A stretch of DNA of 51,069 nt from an uncultured Bacilli bacterium (GCA_944372245.1 CALVYN010000004.1:1-51069), one strand, 5' to 3'; counted from the stretch's first letter, positions 1 to 9,916 are shown. Notes: generated from the sequence alone by a model not told the origin. A program made the numbers and translations.

Positions 1-2676
1 AGCACTGGTGGCGGCCAGGGCGGCTCCAGCGGTTCCGGCGGCGGAACCGCTGAGAAGGCCAATGGCGCTTTCAACTATCTGGCTAAGAGCTACGACGAGC
101 GCGCTGAGATCCTGGGTGCTCTCGAGAGCTATGCGATCACCAACCACCTGACTGGTATCCCCATGTTCGACGATGGCGGCGAGGGCATCTACAGCCAGCG
201 TCTCATCTTCCCCACCGAGAACTACGTCAACGGTTACGGCTGGGGTATGCTGCGCGAGGGTAAGATCAATCCCAACGGCGTGATGCTCCCCGACGGCACC
301 ACCCTCGTGGACACCGATGATCCTTCTCGCAGGTACTATGACTACCTGCACTACATGCAGGATGAGAACCCCGTCACCATCAACGGCGCGGACTCTCAGG
401 ATACTGTCGGTTCCAACTATGACAGCTATGCGCACGTCGGTCTGTTTGGCACCAGGCTGAAGACCGATGCCAACGGCGACTACCTCGAGGAGTACGAGTG
501 GTACCCCGTCCTGGCCAAGACCTTCCCCAAGCCTGAGAAAGGCATCATCGAGGGTGGCGACGGCGAGCAGACTCTGGCTTCCACCTATCGCTTCTACGTC
601 AAGACCGGTGCGGATGGCGTCAAGTATTCCACCCTGTCCACCGATCGTGAGATCAGCCCCTTCAACGGCCGCGATGTCCAGGCTGAGGACTACGAGTTCG
701 CCATGCGCATGCTGCTCTCGGGCGACATCAACTACTACCGTGCCTCCCAGTACATCGACACCACCCCTCTGGTCGGCGCAGCCAACTACTTCAACGTCTC
801 GCAGCAGTACGGCTGGTACTCCAAGGAAGCCGATGCGGCCTGGGAGGGTGTGGGCTATCACGTCGGCCACGACCAGCAGGGCGACTACGTCGAGGTGACC
901 TATCAGGTCCCCACCAACGAGTTCTACGCCATGTACCAGATCACCTCCTTAACCACCCCTGTCCCCCAGGAGTTCTTCGAGACCGTCTGCCACTTCGACG
1001 CGGCGCACCCCGAGACCGCCAACTACCTGGCCTACGGCAACGTTGACGGCAACCGAACCCCCGTGGACACCTACCTGTCCATCGGCCCTTACACCATTGA
1101 GACCTGGCAGACCGGTAACGGCATCTTCACCTTCAAGCAGAACCCTGACTGGTGGGAGGTCAAGGAGGGTGCCTATCAGATCAAGGGCATCAAGTACACG
1201 ACCGACCGCAAAATAAAGGACGATCCCAATGCGGTCATCACCGCCTTCTTCAAAGGCCGGACCGATTCGGCTTCCGTCACCGCCAACTTCTACGATCAGT
1301 GCCACAATGCTCAGAACGAGAGTCTGGTCAAGCAGACTCCCGGTTCCACCACCTTCAAGTGGAATGTGAACTCCTGCGACGATGCGATGTGGGAACAGCT
1401 CTTCGGCCCCAACGGCACCATCGTCCAGACCCCCGAGAGCGGCAAGTGGGAGCTCAAGCCTGCGATGTCCAACGATGACTTCCTCAACGGTCTGTTCGTC
1501 GCGACCGACCGCGATGCCATCGCCGACCAGACCCACTCCAACGCTGCCTACGAGTACTTCACCGACGAGTACCTGATCGATCCCGAGAACGGTGGCGTCT
1601 ACAACGAGACCGAGGCTCACAAAGCCGCTGTCGCTGCCTACTACCCCGAGACCAACGGCTACAACCGCGCCGCGGCTGAGACCCTGTTCACCAGGGCTAT
1701 CCACACCTTCATCGAGTCCGGTGCCTACCAGGCGGATTCCACCATCAGGATCTCCGCGATCCAGATGCTGCAGTCCGAGCTCGACACCTGGGGCAGCCTG
1801 TGGGAGTCCAGCGTCGAGAGCATCTTCAACAGCGCGGCCGACGCTGCCGGCTATCCCGACATGACTCTGGACATCGTCCAGGAGGCTGTCGCCAACCAGA
1901 TGGACGTCTACGACAAGCACCTGAATGTCGGTCAGTTCGACCTGTGCATGGGCGCCATCTCCGGTTCGACCCTCGATCCTCTGGGCTTCATGGAGTGCCT
2001 CAAGTCCGACAACTCCTCCGGCTTCACCCTGAGCTGGGGTACCGACACCTCTCTGGATGATGGCACCCTGCAGTACGACGGCAAGTCCTGGTCCTACGAT
2101 GCGCTCTGGAGTGCGGCCAACGAGGGTGCCCTCGTCAGCAACGGCGAGATGGCTGAGCCCTACCTCTACCTCGAGAGCACCGCGAAGAAGACCGTCATCA
2201 ATACCGATGGCGAGCAGCATGTCGCCCTGCAGCTGTCCTTCGAGGTCAACGCTGACCTCTGCGCGGCGGCTGGCATCGACCTGACTGTCGATCCCGAGAC
2301 CGGCGTGCCCGCCGGCATCGCTGGCGTGAGCGTGACCGCCTCCTACTACGACGCCGACTCCACCCTGATGGTCGACGGCCAGCTCTACAGCTCCTTCAAG
2401 TTCACCAGCAGCGCTGACCAGATCACCTACGATGAGGCGACCAAGACCCTGACTGTCTACATCGACCTCAACCTGGCTACCGACCCCAAGACCGTCACCA
2501 CCGACGACGCTGAGCAGACAGCCTACCTGGAGAAGTTCATCGATGTCTTCTCCGGCGGCGAGGGCTCCAACCCCGTCTCCTTCAGCGTCTCCTTCTCCTC
2601 CAACATGGAGATCAACGGCGTCCCCTCGACCGGCGACAGCGTCACCATCTTCTCCTCCTCGATCGCGAACGCTTAA
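1..2676 (+). CDS. oppA: Oligopeptide ABC transporter substrate-binding protein (family 5 SBP), 5' truncated by the window; apparently circularly permuted, with an extra C-terminal domain
   Basis: Frame is open from base 1 (STGGGQGGSSGSGGGTAEK...), so the ATG at 163 is internal. SBP5-type motifs: YPVLAKTFP...TYRFYVK...NGRDVQAEDYEFAMR, SIGPYTIETW, KQNPDWW, GQFDL. Lies directly upstream of oppBCDF. Confidence 0.88.
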   Translation, partial: STGGGQGGSSGSGGGTAEKANGAFNYLAKSYDERAEILGALESYAITNHLTGIPMFDDGGEGIYSQRLIFPTENYVNGYGWGMLREGKINPNGVMLPDGTTLVDTDDPSRRYYDYLHYMQDENPVTINGADSQDTVGSNYDSYAHVGLFGTRLKTDANGDYLEEYEWYPVLAKTFPKPEKGIIEGGDGEQTLASTYRFYVKTGADGVKYSTLSTDREISPFNGRDVQAEDYEFAMRMLLSGDINYYRASQYIDTTPLVGAANYFNVSQQYGWYSKEADAAWEGVGYHVGHDQQGDYVEVTYQVPTNEFYAMYQITSLTTPVPQEFFETVCHFDAAHPETANYLAYGNVDGNRTPVDTYLSIGPYTIETWQTGNGIFTFKQNPDWWEVKEGAYQIKGIKYTTDRKIKDDPNAVITAFFKGRTDSASVTANFYDQCHNAQNESLVKQTPGSTTFKWNVNSCDDAMWEQLFGPNGTIVQTPESGKWELKPAMSNDDFLNGLFVATDRDAIADQTHSNAAYEYFTDEYLIDPENGGVYNETEAHKAAVAAYYPETNGYNRAAAETLFTRAIHTFIESGAYQADSTIRISAIQMLQSELDTWGSLWESSVESIFNSAADAAGYPDMTLDIVQEAVANQMDVYDKHLNVGQFDLCMGAISGSTLDPLGFMECLKSDNSSGFTLSWGTDTSLDDGTLQYDGKSWSYDALWSAANEGALVSNGEMAEPYLYLESTAKKTVINTDGEQHVALQLSFEVNADLCAAAGIDLTVDPETGVPAGIAGVSVTASYYDADSTLMVDGQLYSSFKFTSSADQITYDEATKTLTVYIDLNLATDPKTVTTDDAEQTAYLEKFIDVFSGGEGSNPVSFSVSFSSNMEINGVPSTGDSVTIFSSSIANA

Positions 2677-2690
2677 AAAAGCTGTTTCAG

Positions 2691-2730
2691 CAAGGAAAAA
2701 AGAGGGTGATATACACCCTCTTTTTCCTTG
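2691..2730 (+). terminator. Stem-loop between oppA and oppB (terminator or mRNA-stabilising hairpin)
   Basis: CAAGGAAAAAAGAGGGTG-atata-CACCCTCTTTTTCCTTG inverted repeat immediately after the oppA stop. Confidence 0.75.
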
Positions 2731-2804
2731 ATTTATATTAAAATTCATTATTGTGCACCTCTGCACTTTTTTCGAGACGACCTTAGAGATACGAGGCAGA
2801 ACAA

Positions 2805-3848
2805 ATGGGAAAACTAAAGTATGTTCTCGAGAGACTTCTGCTGGCGTTCATTACTGGTTTCATCATCCTCACCATCACCTTCATCCTCGTCAAGCTCCTG
2901 CCCGAGGCGAAACCGGCCGGTGACGTCGGCGCACAGCTCTCCTACTACAACAACCAGGTCCGACTTGGCTACTACACCTCCAGCCCCTTCTTCATGGCTG
3001 ATCTCGGCGATCCCACCTGGACTTACACCGCCGATGACGGCACGATGATGTACTTCTACAAGCTGCCGATCATGACCCAGTATGGCAACTGGCTCAGGAA
3101 CGTGTTTACCAAGTGGGATTGGGGAACCTCAAGCAGCATCGACCGAAACCGTGATGTCTTCATCATGATCGGCGAAAGATTGCCCCCCACCATCGTCGTC
3201 AACGTCATCACCTTCGCCCTCGCGGTGCCTCTGGGTATCGCTCTGGGCATCTGGTCCGCCCTCAAGCGGAACAAGCCCACCGATCGGGTCATCTCCGTCC
3301 TGGTCATGGTCTTCATCTCCATCCCCTCCTTCGTCTTCATCTCGCTGCTGATCATCATCTTCGGCTACACGCTCAACTGGCTGCCAGTCCGCTGGCCGGC
3401 GACCACCGCCACCCTGGGAACCAGGGCGGCCGGTCTGGTCATCCCCGTCCTAGCGGGCGCCTTCGGTTCGATCTGCGGCTATGAGCGTCTGGTCAGAGGC
3501 GAGCTGATCGAGGCCCTCTCCTCCGACTACCTGCTCCTGGCCCGCACCAAGGGTCTGACCAAGGGTCAGTCCGTCGTGCGCCACGCCCTGCGCAACGCCA
3601 TGGTCCCCATCCTCCCCTCCATCCTCGCGCAGATCGTCGGTATCCTCGGCGGCTCGGCCATCCTCGAGCAGATCTACTCCATCCCCGGTATCGGACAGCT
3701 GTTCATCCTTTCAATCAAGACGATGGATATCAACGTCATGCTGGCGGATATGACCGTCTTCACGATGATCGGCCTGCTGGCTGGCATCGTCCTCGACCTG
3801 TCCTACGGTTTCCTCGACCCCCGCATCAGGATGGGAGAAAGGAAGTGA
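2805..3848 (+). CDS. oppB: Oligopeptide ABC transporter permease OppB
   Basis: N-terminal KYVLERLLLAFIT..., DWGTS, several TM helices, EAA loop SSDYLLLARTKGL...HALRNA, C-terminal YGFLDPRIR. Confidence 0.95.
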   Translation: MGKLKYVLERLLLAFITGFIILTITFILVKLLPEAKPAGDVGAQLSYYNNQVRLGYYTSSPFFMADLGDPTWTYTADDGTMMYFYKLPIMTQYGNWLRNVFTKWDWGTSSSIDRNRDVFIMIGERLPPTIVVNVITFALAVPLGIALGIWSALKRNKPTDRVISVLVMVFISIPSFVFISLLIIIFGYTLNWLPVRWPATTATLGTRAAGLVIPVLAGAFGSICGYERLVRGELIEALSSDYLLLARTKGLTKGQSVVRHALRNAMVPILPSILAQIVGILGGSAILEQIYSIPGIGQLFILSIKTMDINVMLADMTVFTMIGLLAGIVLDLSYGFLDPRIRMGERK

Positions 3849-3854
3849 TCGCGC

Positions 3855-5870
3855 ATGGAAAATAACGAGTTCTCCTTCGCGCCGCAGACCCCTGCGGTCG
3901 CGGCCGACGGCTTCACCTCCGAGGACTTCAAGTTTGTCCAGCTCGACAAGAGCATCCACGACCAGAGGTTCCAGGGCCGCTCCACCACCTACCTCAGGGA
4001 TATCGTTCGCCGCTTCGTCAAGAACAAGACCTCGGTCTTTGGCTTCTGCCTGTTCGGCCTGTTGATCCTCCTGGCGATCGGCTTTGCCCTGTTCCTGCCC
4101 GGTAACGCCGACAAGACCTCCCCCACCCCCGCTGAGAAGCAGCTGCCGCCCAAGCTCTTTGCGGCCGGCACCGGCTTCTGGGATGGCACCCGCAAGTACG
4201 AGGAGTACCTGTTCGACACCGAGACCGGCCAGCCGGTCCTGGGCAGCCTCGAGCAGGACGCCATCCTCCAGGACACCCTGGTGACCTACGCGGGCACCTA
4301 CGACTCCGAGACCCCCTACGGCCATGGCGGCTACGTCGTCATCGACCCCTCGGCCCAGCTGCGCAGCCCCGTCCTCGAGATGTCGCTGGCGGATGACGGC
4401 AGCGCCTACCAGGGCGAGTACAGCCTGACCTTCGACCACCTCACCTACGGCCTGGACACCTCCTACACCTCCACTCCCACCTACGCCATCTGGTTCCAGG
4501 GCATCGACAACTCCGGCGCCACCATGAGCAACGTCCAGCTGGTCAGCGGCCTGACAATCGACACCAGCCTGGAGCAGACTACCGTCGACCTGAGCGCCTA
4601 TGTCGACGCTATCCAGGCCAACGCCTCTGGCGAGCTGCCCGCGCGCGGCCGCTTCATCGTTCAGGCTGCCGATGCCCCCATCTTCTTCGAGGGCATCAGC
4701 CTGAGCTCCAGCGAGGTCGACTGGAGCGGGACGGGCATCGACGATGCCTCCGACGATCTGATGATCACCCGCTACAACGAGACCTCCGACACCGGCGACG
4801 ACATCGAGGGCTACGAGAACTGGTGGACCCGCTCCTCCTCGCAGTCCGTCCACGGCTACCGTGTCCCCGTCACCTACTGCGACTTCACCTACGACCCCTA
4901 CGAGGAGGTCTACGGCATCTCCACCGTCAGCATGACCCCCGGCACCCTCAACGATCTCAAGACCCGCGGCGCCATCGACTACCAGCTCGATGAGGATGGC
5001 GTCATCATCATCGACTCCCTGGTCGAGCTGAGCGAAGAGAACTATCTGATCATCGGCGACAGCGAGTACCCCATGGAGCTGAAGATCTCCTCCGGTATCG
5101 CCGGCACCACCTGGACCCTCGAGGCCTACCAGATCACCTACAAGAATCCGACCTTCGGCTATACCTCGATGCCAATCCACATCTTCGGTACCGACGTCAA
5201 CGGACTGGACATGCTCAAACTCGTCTCCATCGGTATGCTCTACTCCCTGTTGATCGGTATCGCCGTCTCCGCCATCTGCTTCCTCATCGGTCTGGCCTGG
5301 GGTTCCTTCTCCGGCTATCAGGGCGGTCTGGTCGACCTGGGCATGGAGCGCGTGGTCGACGTCCTCTCCTACATCCCCGGCATGGTCGTCATCACCCTGT
5401 TCATCCTCAACTGGGGCCACACCTTCTGGGTCTTCATGCTGGCGATGTGCGTGACCGGATGGATCTCGACCTCGGCCCTGACGCGCACTCAGTTCTACCG
5501 CTTCAAGCGGCGCGAATACGTCCTCGCCTCGCGGTCGCTGGGCGCTTCCGACGGGCGCTTGATCTACCGCCACATCCTGCCCAACGGCCTGGGAACCATC
5601 ATCACCTCCTCGGTTCTGATGATCCCCTCGGTCATCTACTCCGAGGCCTCTCTGGCCTATCTGGGTCTGGGTCTGCAGGACATCACCTCGCTGGGCACCA
5701 TCATCCAGAACAACCAGAGCACCATCACCACCGCGGGCGGCAACCCCGACCTGACCTACCTGATCATCTTCCCCTCGGTGGTCCTCGCTCTGCTATTGAT
5801 CTGCTTCGAGCTGTTCGGCCAGGGTCTGCGCGATGCGGTCAACCCCAACACCAAGGGTATGGACGACTAG
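3855..5870 (+). CDS. oppC: Oligopeptide ABC transporter permease OppC with a large extracellular insertion
   Basis: OppC N-terminus (YLRDIVRRFVKNK + TM1), then ~360 acidic residues, then HIFGTDVNGLD, EAA loop REYVLASRSLGAS...HILPN, and GQGLRDAVNP. Confidence 0.93.
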   Translation: MENNEFSFAPQTPAVAADGFTSEDFKFVQLDKSIHDQRFQGRSTTYLRDIVRRFVKNKTSVFGFCLFGLLILLAIGFALFLPGNADKTSPTPAEKQLPPKLFAAGTGFWDGTRKYEEYLFDTETGQPVLGSLEQDAILQDTLVTYAGTYDSETPYGHGGYVVIDPSAQLRSPVLEMSLADDGSAYQGEYSLTFDHLTYGLDTSYTSTPTYAIWFQGIDNSGATMSNVQLVSGLTIDTSLEQTTVDLSAYVDAIQANASGELPARGRFIVQAADAPIFFEGISLSSSEVDWSGTGIDDASDDLMITRYNETSDTGDDIEGYENWWTRSSSQSVHGYRVPVTYCDFTYDPYEEVYGISTVSMTPGTLNDLKTRGAIDYQLDEDGVIIIDSLVELSEENYLIIGDSEYPMELKISSGIAGTTWTLEAYQITYKNPTFGYTSMPIHIFGTDVNGLDMLKLVSIGMLYSLLIGIAVSAICFLIGLAWGSFSGYQGGLVDLGMERVVDVLSYIPGMVVITLFILNWGHTFWVFMLAMCVTGWISTSALTRTQFYRFKRREYVLASRSLGASDGRLIYRHILPNGLGTIITSSVLMIPSVIYSEASLAYLGLGLQDITSLGTIIQNNQSTITTAGGNPDLTYLIIFPSVVLALLLICFELFGQGLRDAVNPNTKGMDD

Positions 5871-5887
5871 GAAAGGAGGTCTGAAGT

Positions 5888-7765
5888 ATGAGTGAAGAGA
5901 AGCAGCAGACCTCCGGTGAGGTCATCCTCTCCGTCAGGGATCTGACCATCGACTTCCGCTCCGACGAGGGCTTCACCCAGGCGGTGCGCGGCGTCTCCTT
6001 CGACCTGAAGAAGGGCGAGACGCTGTGCATCGTCGGCGAGTCCGGCTCGGGCAAATCCGTCTCCTGCAAGACCATCATGGGCATCCTGCCCGGCTCGGCC
6101 ATCATCCGCAAGGGTTCGGTCATGTACCGCGGCGAGGATCTGACCAAGATCTCCGAGGAGGAGTTCCATCGCATCCGCGGCAACCTCATCGGCATGATCT
6201 TCCAGGATCCCCTCTCCGCCCTCGACCCCATCGTCAGGATCGGCAAGCAGATCACCGAGTCGATGATGGTCAACGCCAACCGCCTGAAGATCAGGCGCGA
6301 CAACCTGACCCTCAGGGAGCTTTCCCACTACAACTCCATCGTCTCCGAGGTCAAGAAGGCCAAGGCAGCCATCAAGGTCCTCAAGGCTGACAGGGCCGAG
6401 ATCAAGAAGTTCAAGGAGACCTCGGCGGTCAACATCGACTACAGGGTCGACGACCTCCACGCCGCTAACGCCGAGCGCCTCGCCCTCCACCCCGAGGAGA
6501 AGGAGGCTCTGGAGCGCCAGGAGCGCGAGCTCCGGGCCCAGCTGAGCGCTGAGCGCCAGGCTGAGATCGAGAAGCGCCTGGCCTCCCTCAAGGAGCGCAA
6601 GGCCCAGGCCAAGGCCAACTACCGCCAGGTCAAGAAGGCCTCCAAGGCCCCCAAACGCGAGGCCGCCAAGGCCCTGCGCGCGGCCCGGAAGCGGGCCAAT
6701 GCCGAGATACGCACCTTCAAGCGCGACTCCATCGCCGAGTACAAGCACCAGCGCGACCTGATCGAGTCCCGCTACCCCAAGGAGGAGATCGAGGCTGAAT
6801 ACAGGAAGGCCAAGAAGGCCTTCGAGGCCGAGGCCCGCCGTATCGAGAGCGAGCGCAAGGTCGAGCTGGCCAAGATCTCCGCTAAGCGCGCCCTTAGAAA
6901 CAGCGGTCTAGCCGCCGAGCGCAAGGAGGTCAACATCGCCTTCGACCAGAAGCGCAAGGAGGCCTACGAGCGCCTGCTCAAGGCCGCGGAGGACCGCCAC
7001 AACGAGCGCCAGGCCAAGCTGGATGAGAACTTCTTCCACAACTACTGCGAGAAGATCCGCTACACCCGCCGCTACGCCAAGGCCCGCGCCATCGAGGTCA
7101 TGACCGAGGTCGGCATCCCCCAGGCCGAGAAGCGCTTCCGCCAGTACCCCTTCGAGTTCTCCGGCGGCATGCGCCAGCGCATCGTCATCGCCATCGCCCT
7201 GACCGCCAACCCCGAGATCCTCATCTGCGACGAGCCCACCACCGCGCTCGACGTCACCATCCAGGCCCAGATCCTCGAGCTGATCAACCGCCTGAAGAAG
7301 GAGCGCAACATGTCGGTCATCTTCATCACCCACGACATGGGTGTCGTGGCCGAGATGGCTGACCGCATCTGCGTCATGTACGCGGGTAAGATCGTCGAGT
7401 TCGGCACTGCTTACGACATCTTCTACAACCCCAAGCACCCCTACACCTGGGCGCTGCTCTCCTCCATCCCCGACCTCGACTCCAAGGAGAAGCTGGAGGC
7501 CATCCCCGGCACCCCTCCCAACATGAACTTCCCGCCCGAGGGCGACGCCTTCGCGCTGCGCTCCAAGTACGCCATGGCCATCGACTTCAAGCAGATGCCT
7601 CCCTTCTTCAAGGTCTCCAAGACCCACTATGCCGCCACCTGGCTGCTCGATCCTCGCGCCCCCAAGGCCGAGATGCCTAGGATCGTCTCGCGCAGGATCG
7701 AGATCTCACTCAATAAGGCAGGAGTAACGTATGAGCAACTTGAAAGACAGGAAGAATCTGATTGA
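5888..7765 (+). CDS. oppD: Oligopeptide ABC transporter ATP-binding protein OppD with a long basic helical insertion
   Basis: Walker A GESGSGKS, Q-loop IFQDP, signature FSGGMRQR, Walker B ILICDEPTTALD, H-loop ITHD, HPYT oligo_HPY tail. RBS GGAGG upstream. Confidence 0.95.
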   Translation: MSEEKQQTSGEVILSVRDLTIDFRSDEGFTQAVRGVSFDLKKGETLCIVGESGSGKSVSCKTIMGILPGSAIIRKGSVMYRGEDLTKISEEEFHRIRGNLIGMIFQDPLSALDPIVRIGKQITESMMVNANRLKIRRDNLTLRELSHYNSIVSEVKKAKAAIKVLKADRAEIKKFKETSAVNIDYRVDDLHAANAERLALHPEEKEALERQERELRAQLSAERQAEIEKRLASLKERKAQAKANYRQVKKASKAPKREAAKALRAARKRANAEIRTFKRDSIAEYKHQRDLIESRYPKEEIEAEYRKAKKAFEAEARRIESERKVELAKISAKRALRNSGLAAERKEVNIAFDQKRKEAYERLLKAAEDRHNERQAKLDENFFHNYCEKIRYTRRYAKARAIEVMTEVGIPQAEKRFRQYPFEFSGGMRQRIVIAIALTANPEILICDEPTTALDVTIQAQILELINRLKKERNMSVIFITHDMGVVAEMADRICVMYAGKIVEFGTAYDIFYNPKHPYTWALLSSIPDLDSKEKLEAIPGTPPNMNFPPEGDAFALRSKYAMAIDFKQMPPFFKVSKTHYAATWLLDPRAPKAEMPRIVSRRIEISLNKAGVTYEQLERQEESD

Positions 7766-9719
7766 TCAGGTGGGGGTGACCGCCCCCCTGTCGGTGCTCT
7801 CCTGCCGGGAGATCACCGAGCGCAACGCTGCGCGGGTCCGCCGCGCCAGCGTGCGGGTCGTCCACCTGGCCGAGGTCGATGCGCTGATCAAGGCCTCGCT
7901 CAAGGACCGCCAGCCTCGGGTTGAGAAACACGAGGCTGCCAGTGAGACCTCTGTAGCTTCCAATCCTGTGGCTACCTCCGAGGTTGCCCCTGAGGTCAAG
8001 GTCGAGGTCAAGGCTGAGACCGTCGAGGAGGCGCCTGCGGCTCAGGCTGAAGCGCCTGTGGCCGAGGCGGCTTCCGCGGCTGTGACCGAGACTGAGACTA
8101 AGACTGCGCCTGCAGCTGAGTCGGCGCCGGCTGCGCCCGCGGTTATCACCGCCGCGATGCGCCGCCCCGCCTACTGGTATCAGGGTGCGCTCCAGGCCTG
8201 GGATGAGGTCTGCAGCCAGATGAGGGCGAGCGACATCGAACCCGCCTACTGGTTCCACCACGCCCAGCAGGTCAACGCCCACGGCCGCGCCTACAAGTCT
8301 CTGGCTCAGGAGCATCGCGAGATGCCCGAGTGGGAGAAGCAGAAGCTGTCCCGCACTACCTTCGATCAGAAGCTGATCGACGACGATGTGATCCTCTCCG
8401 TCCGCCACCTCAAGAAGTTCTTCACCCTCGGCTCCGGCCTCAGCAAGGACAAGCTCAAGGCCGTCCACGACGTCTCCTTCGACGTCCACAAGGGTGAGGT
8501 CTTCGGTCTGGTCGGCGAGTCCGGCTGCGGCAAGACCACGACCGGACGCACCCTGATCAGGCTCCACGCCCCCACCTCCGGCTCGGTCTACTTCATGGGC
8601 TACAGGATCGCCGCCGGCGACCGCTGGAACCAGAAGGAGATCAAGTGGAAGCGCAAGCGCGGGCGCGCCATGATCAAGAAGCTCAAGCGCGACCGCCGCG
8701 CCGAGCTGACCGAGGCCAAGGCCGATGCTGCCAAGCGCGGCAGCATCCCCGAGATCAAGAGCCTGTACAGCCAGCACATCGCTGAGTCCCGGGCCCAGAT
8801 CAAGGCGACCATCGCCGAGCAGAAGGCCAAGATCAAGCAGATCCACTACGATGAGAGGCACGTCGACAAGCACCTGCTGACCAAGATGCAGATGATCTTC
8901 CAGGACCCCATCGACTCCCTCGACCCCCGCATGACCGTCCAGGACATCATCGCTGAAGGTCTGAAGATCCAGCACTACGGCCGCCGCATGACCGAGCGCC
9001 TGGAGCGCGAGCGCGACGACAACATCGCCAGGCTGAAGGCTTCCAACCTGCCCGCCAGCATGAAGGCTGACAAGGAAGCGTTCATCTGCGAGGACTATCG
9101 CCGCCGCATCGCCAAGGTCCAGGACTACAAGGGCCTGGTGGCCGACGTCCTGGCCAAGGTCGGCCTCATCCCCGAGTACGCCTCCCGCTATCCCCACGAG
9201 TTCTCCGGCGGTCAGCGCCAGCGTATCGGCATCGCCCGCGCCCTGGTCATGAACCCCGAGCTGATCGTGGCCGACGAGCCCATCTCCGCGCTGGATGTCT
9301 CCATCCGCGCCCAGATCATCAACCTGCTCAACGACCTCAGGGACGAGATGGGTCTGACCATCGTCTTCATCGCCCACGACCTCTCCGTCGTCAAGTACTT
9401 CTGCGAGCGCATCGCGGTCATGTACTTCGGCAACCTGGTCGAGCTGGCCACCTCCGACGAGCTGTTCAAGCACCCGCTCCACCCCTACACCAAGTCGCTC
9501 CTCTCCGCCATCCCCAAGCCCGATCCCCTCTCCGAGAAGACCCGTGTCCGCATCAAGTACAACCCTGCTGAGGACCACGACTACTCCCGCCAGGAGCCCA
9601 CGCTCCAGGAGATCGAGCCCGGTCACTTCGTCCTGGCTAACGACGCCGAGATGGAGAAGTACCGCAAGGAGATCGAGGAGGACGACCGCCTCGAGACTGA
9701 GAAGCAGCTCTCCGAGTAG
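7731..9719 (+). CDS. oppF: Oligopeptide ABC transporter ATP-binding protein OppF with N-terminal extension and insertions
   Basis: Walker [49 protein letters not shown] just upstream of ATG 7731; overlaps the oppD end by 35 nt. Confidence 0.92.
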   Translation: MSNLKDRKNLIDQVGVTAPLSVLSCREITERNAARVRRASVRVVHLAEVDALIKASLKDRQPRVEKHEAASETSVASNPVATSEVAPEVKVEVKAETVEEAPAAQAEAPVAEAASAAVTETETKTAPAAESAPAAPAVITAAMRRPAYWYQGALQAWDEVCSQMRASDIEPAYWFHHAQQVNAHGRAYKSLAQEHREMPEWEKQKLSRTTFDQKLIDDDVILSVRHLKKFFTLGSGLSKDKLKAVHDVSFDVHKGEVFGLVGESGCGKTTTGRTLIRLHAPTSGSVYFMGYRIAAGDRWNQKEIKWKRKRGRAMIKKLKRDRRAELTEAKADAAKRGSIPEIKSLYSQHIAESRAQIKATIAEQKAKIKQIHYDERHVDKHLLTKMQMIFQDPIDSLDPRMTVQDIIAEGLKIQHYGRRMTERLERERDDNIARLKASNLPASMKADKEAFICEDYRRRIAKVQDYKGLVADVLAKVGLIPEYASRYPHEFSGGQRQRIGIARALVMNPELIVADEPISALDVSIRAQIINLLNDLRDEMGLTIVFIAHDLSVVKYFCERIAVMYFGNLVELATSDELFKHPLHPYTKSLLSAIPKPDPLSEKTRVRIKYNPAEDHDYSRQEPTLQEIEPGHFVLANDAEMEKYRKEIEEDDRLETEKQLSE

Positions 9720-9740
9720 CTCCCTTCAAAACTGAGATAG

Positions 9741-9765
9741 ACAGACCTCGAAAGAGGTCTGTTTT
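9741..9765 (+). terminator. Rho-independent terminator of the opp operon
   Basis: ACAGACCTC-GAAA-GAGGTCTGT followed by TTT. Confidence 0.8.
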
Positions 9766-9870
9766 CGTTTGAAAACTCCAGTTGAAGAGTAGCTTTAGAG
9801 CTCGGTGATCAGTTACTAAAAGGAGACATCAATGGAGGAAAACTAAAGGTTGCCAACTCCATTGAACATG

Positions 9871-9900
9871 AAAAAAAGCTCGAGCTTGATGCCCGAGCTT
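9871..9900 (-). terminator. Rho-independent terminator of the Ig-domain lipoprotein gene
   Basis: Minus strand AAGCTCGGGC-atcaa-GCTCGAGCTT followed by a T-run. Confidence 0.7.
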
Positions 9901-9916
9901 CTTTCAGCTGTCAGAT

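Noticed and set aside
7700-7770. Programmed frameshift fusing oppD and oppF
   Set aside because: No slippery sequence is visible; oppF has its own RBS and ATG, and both ATPases are complete.
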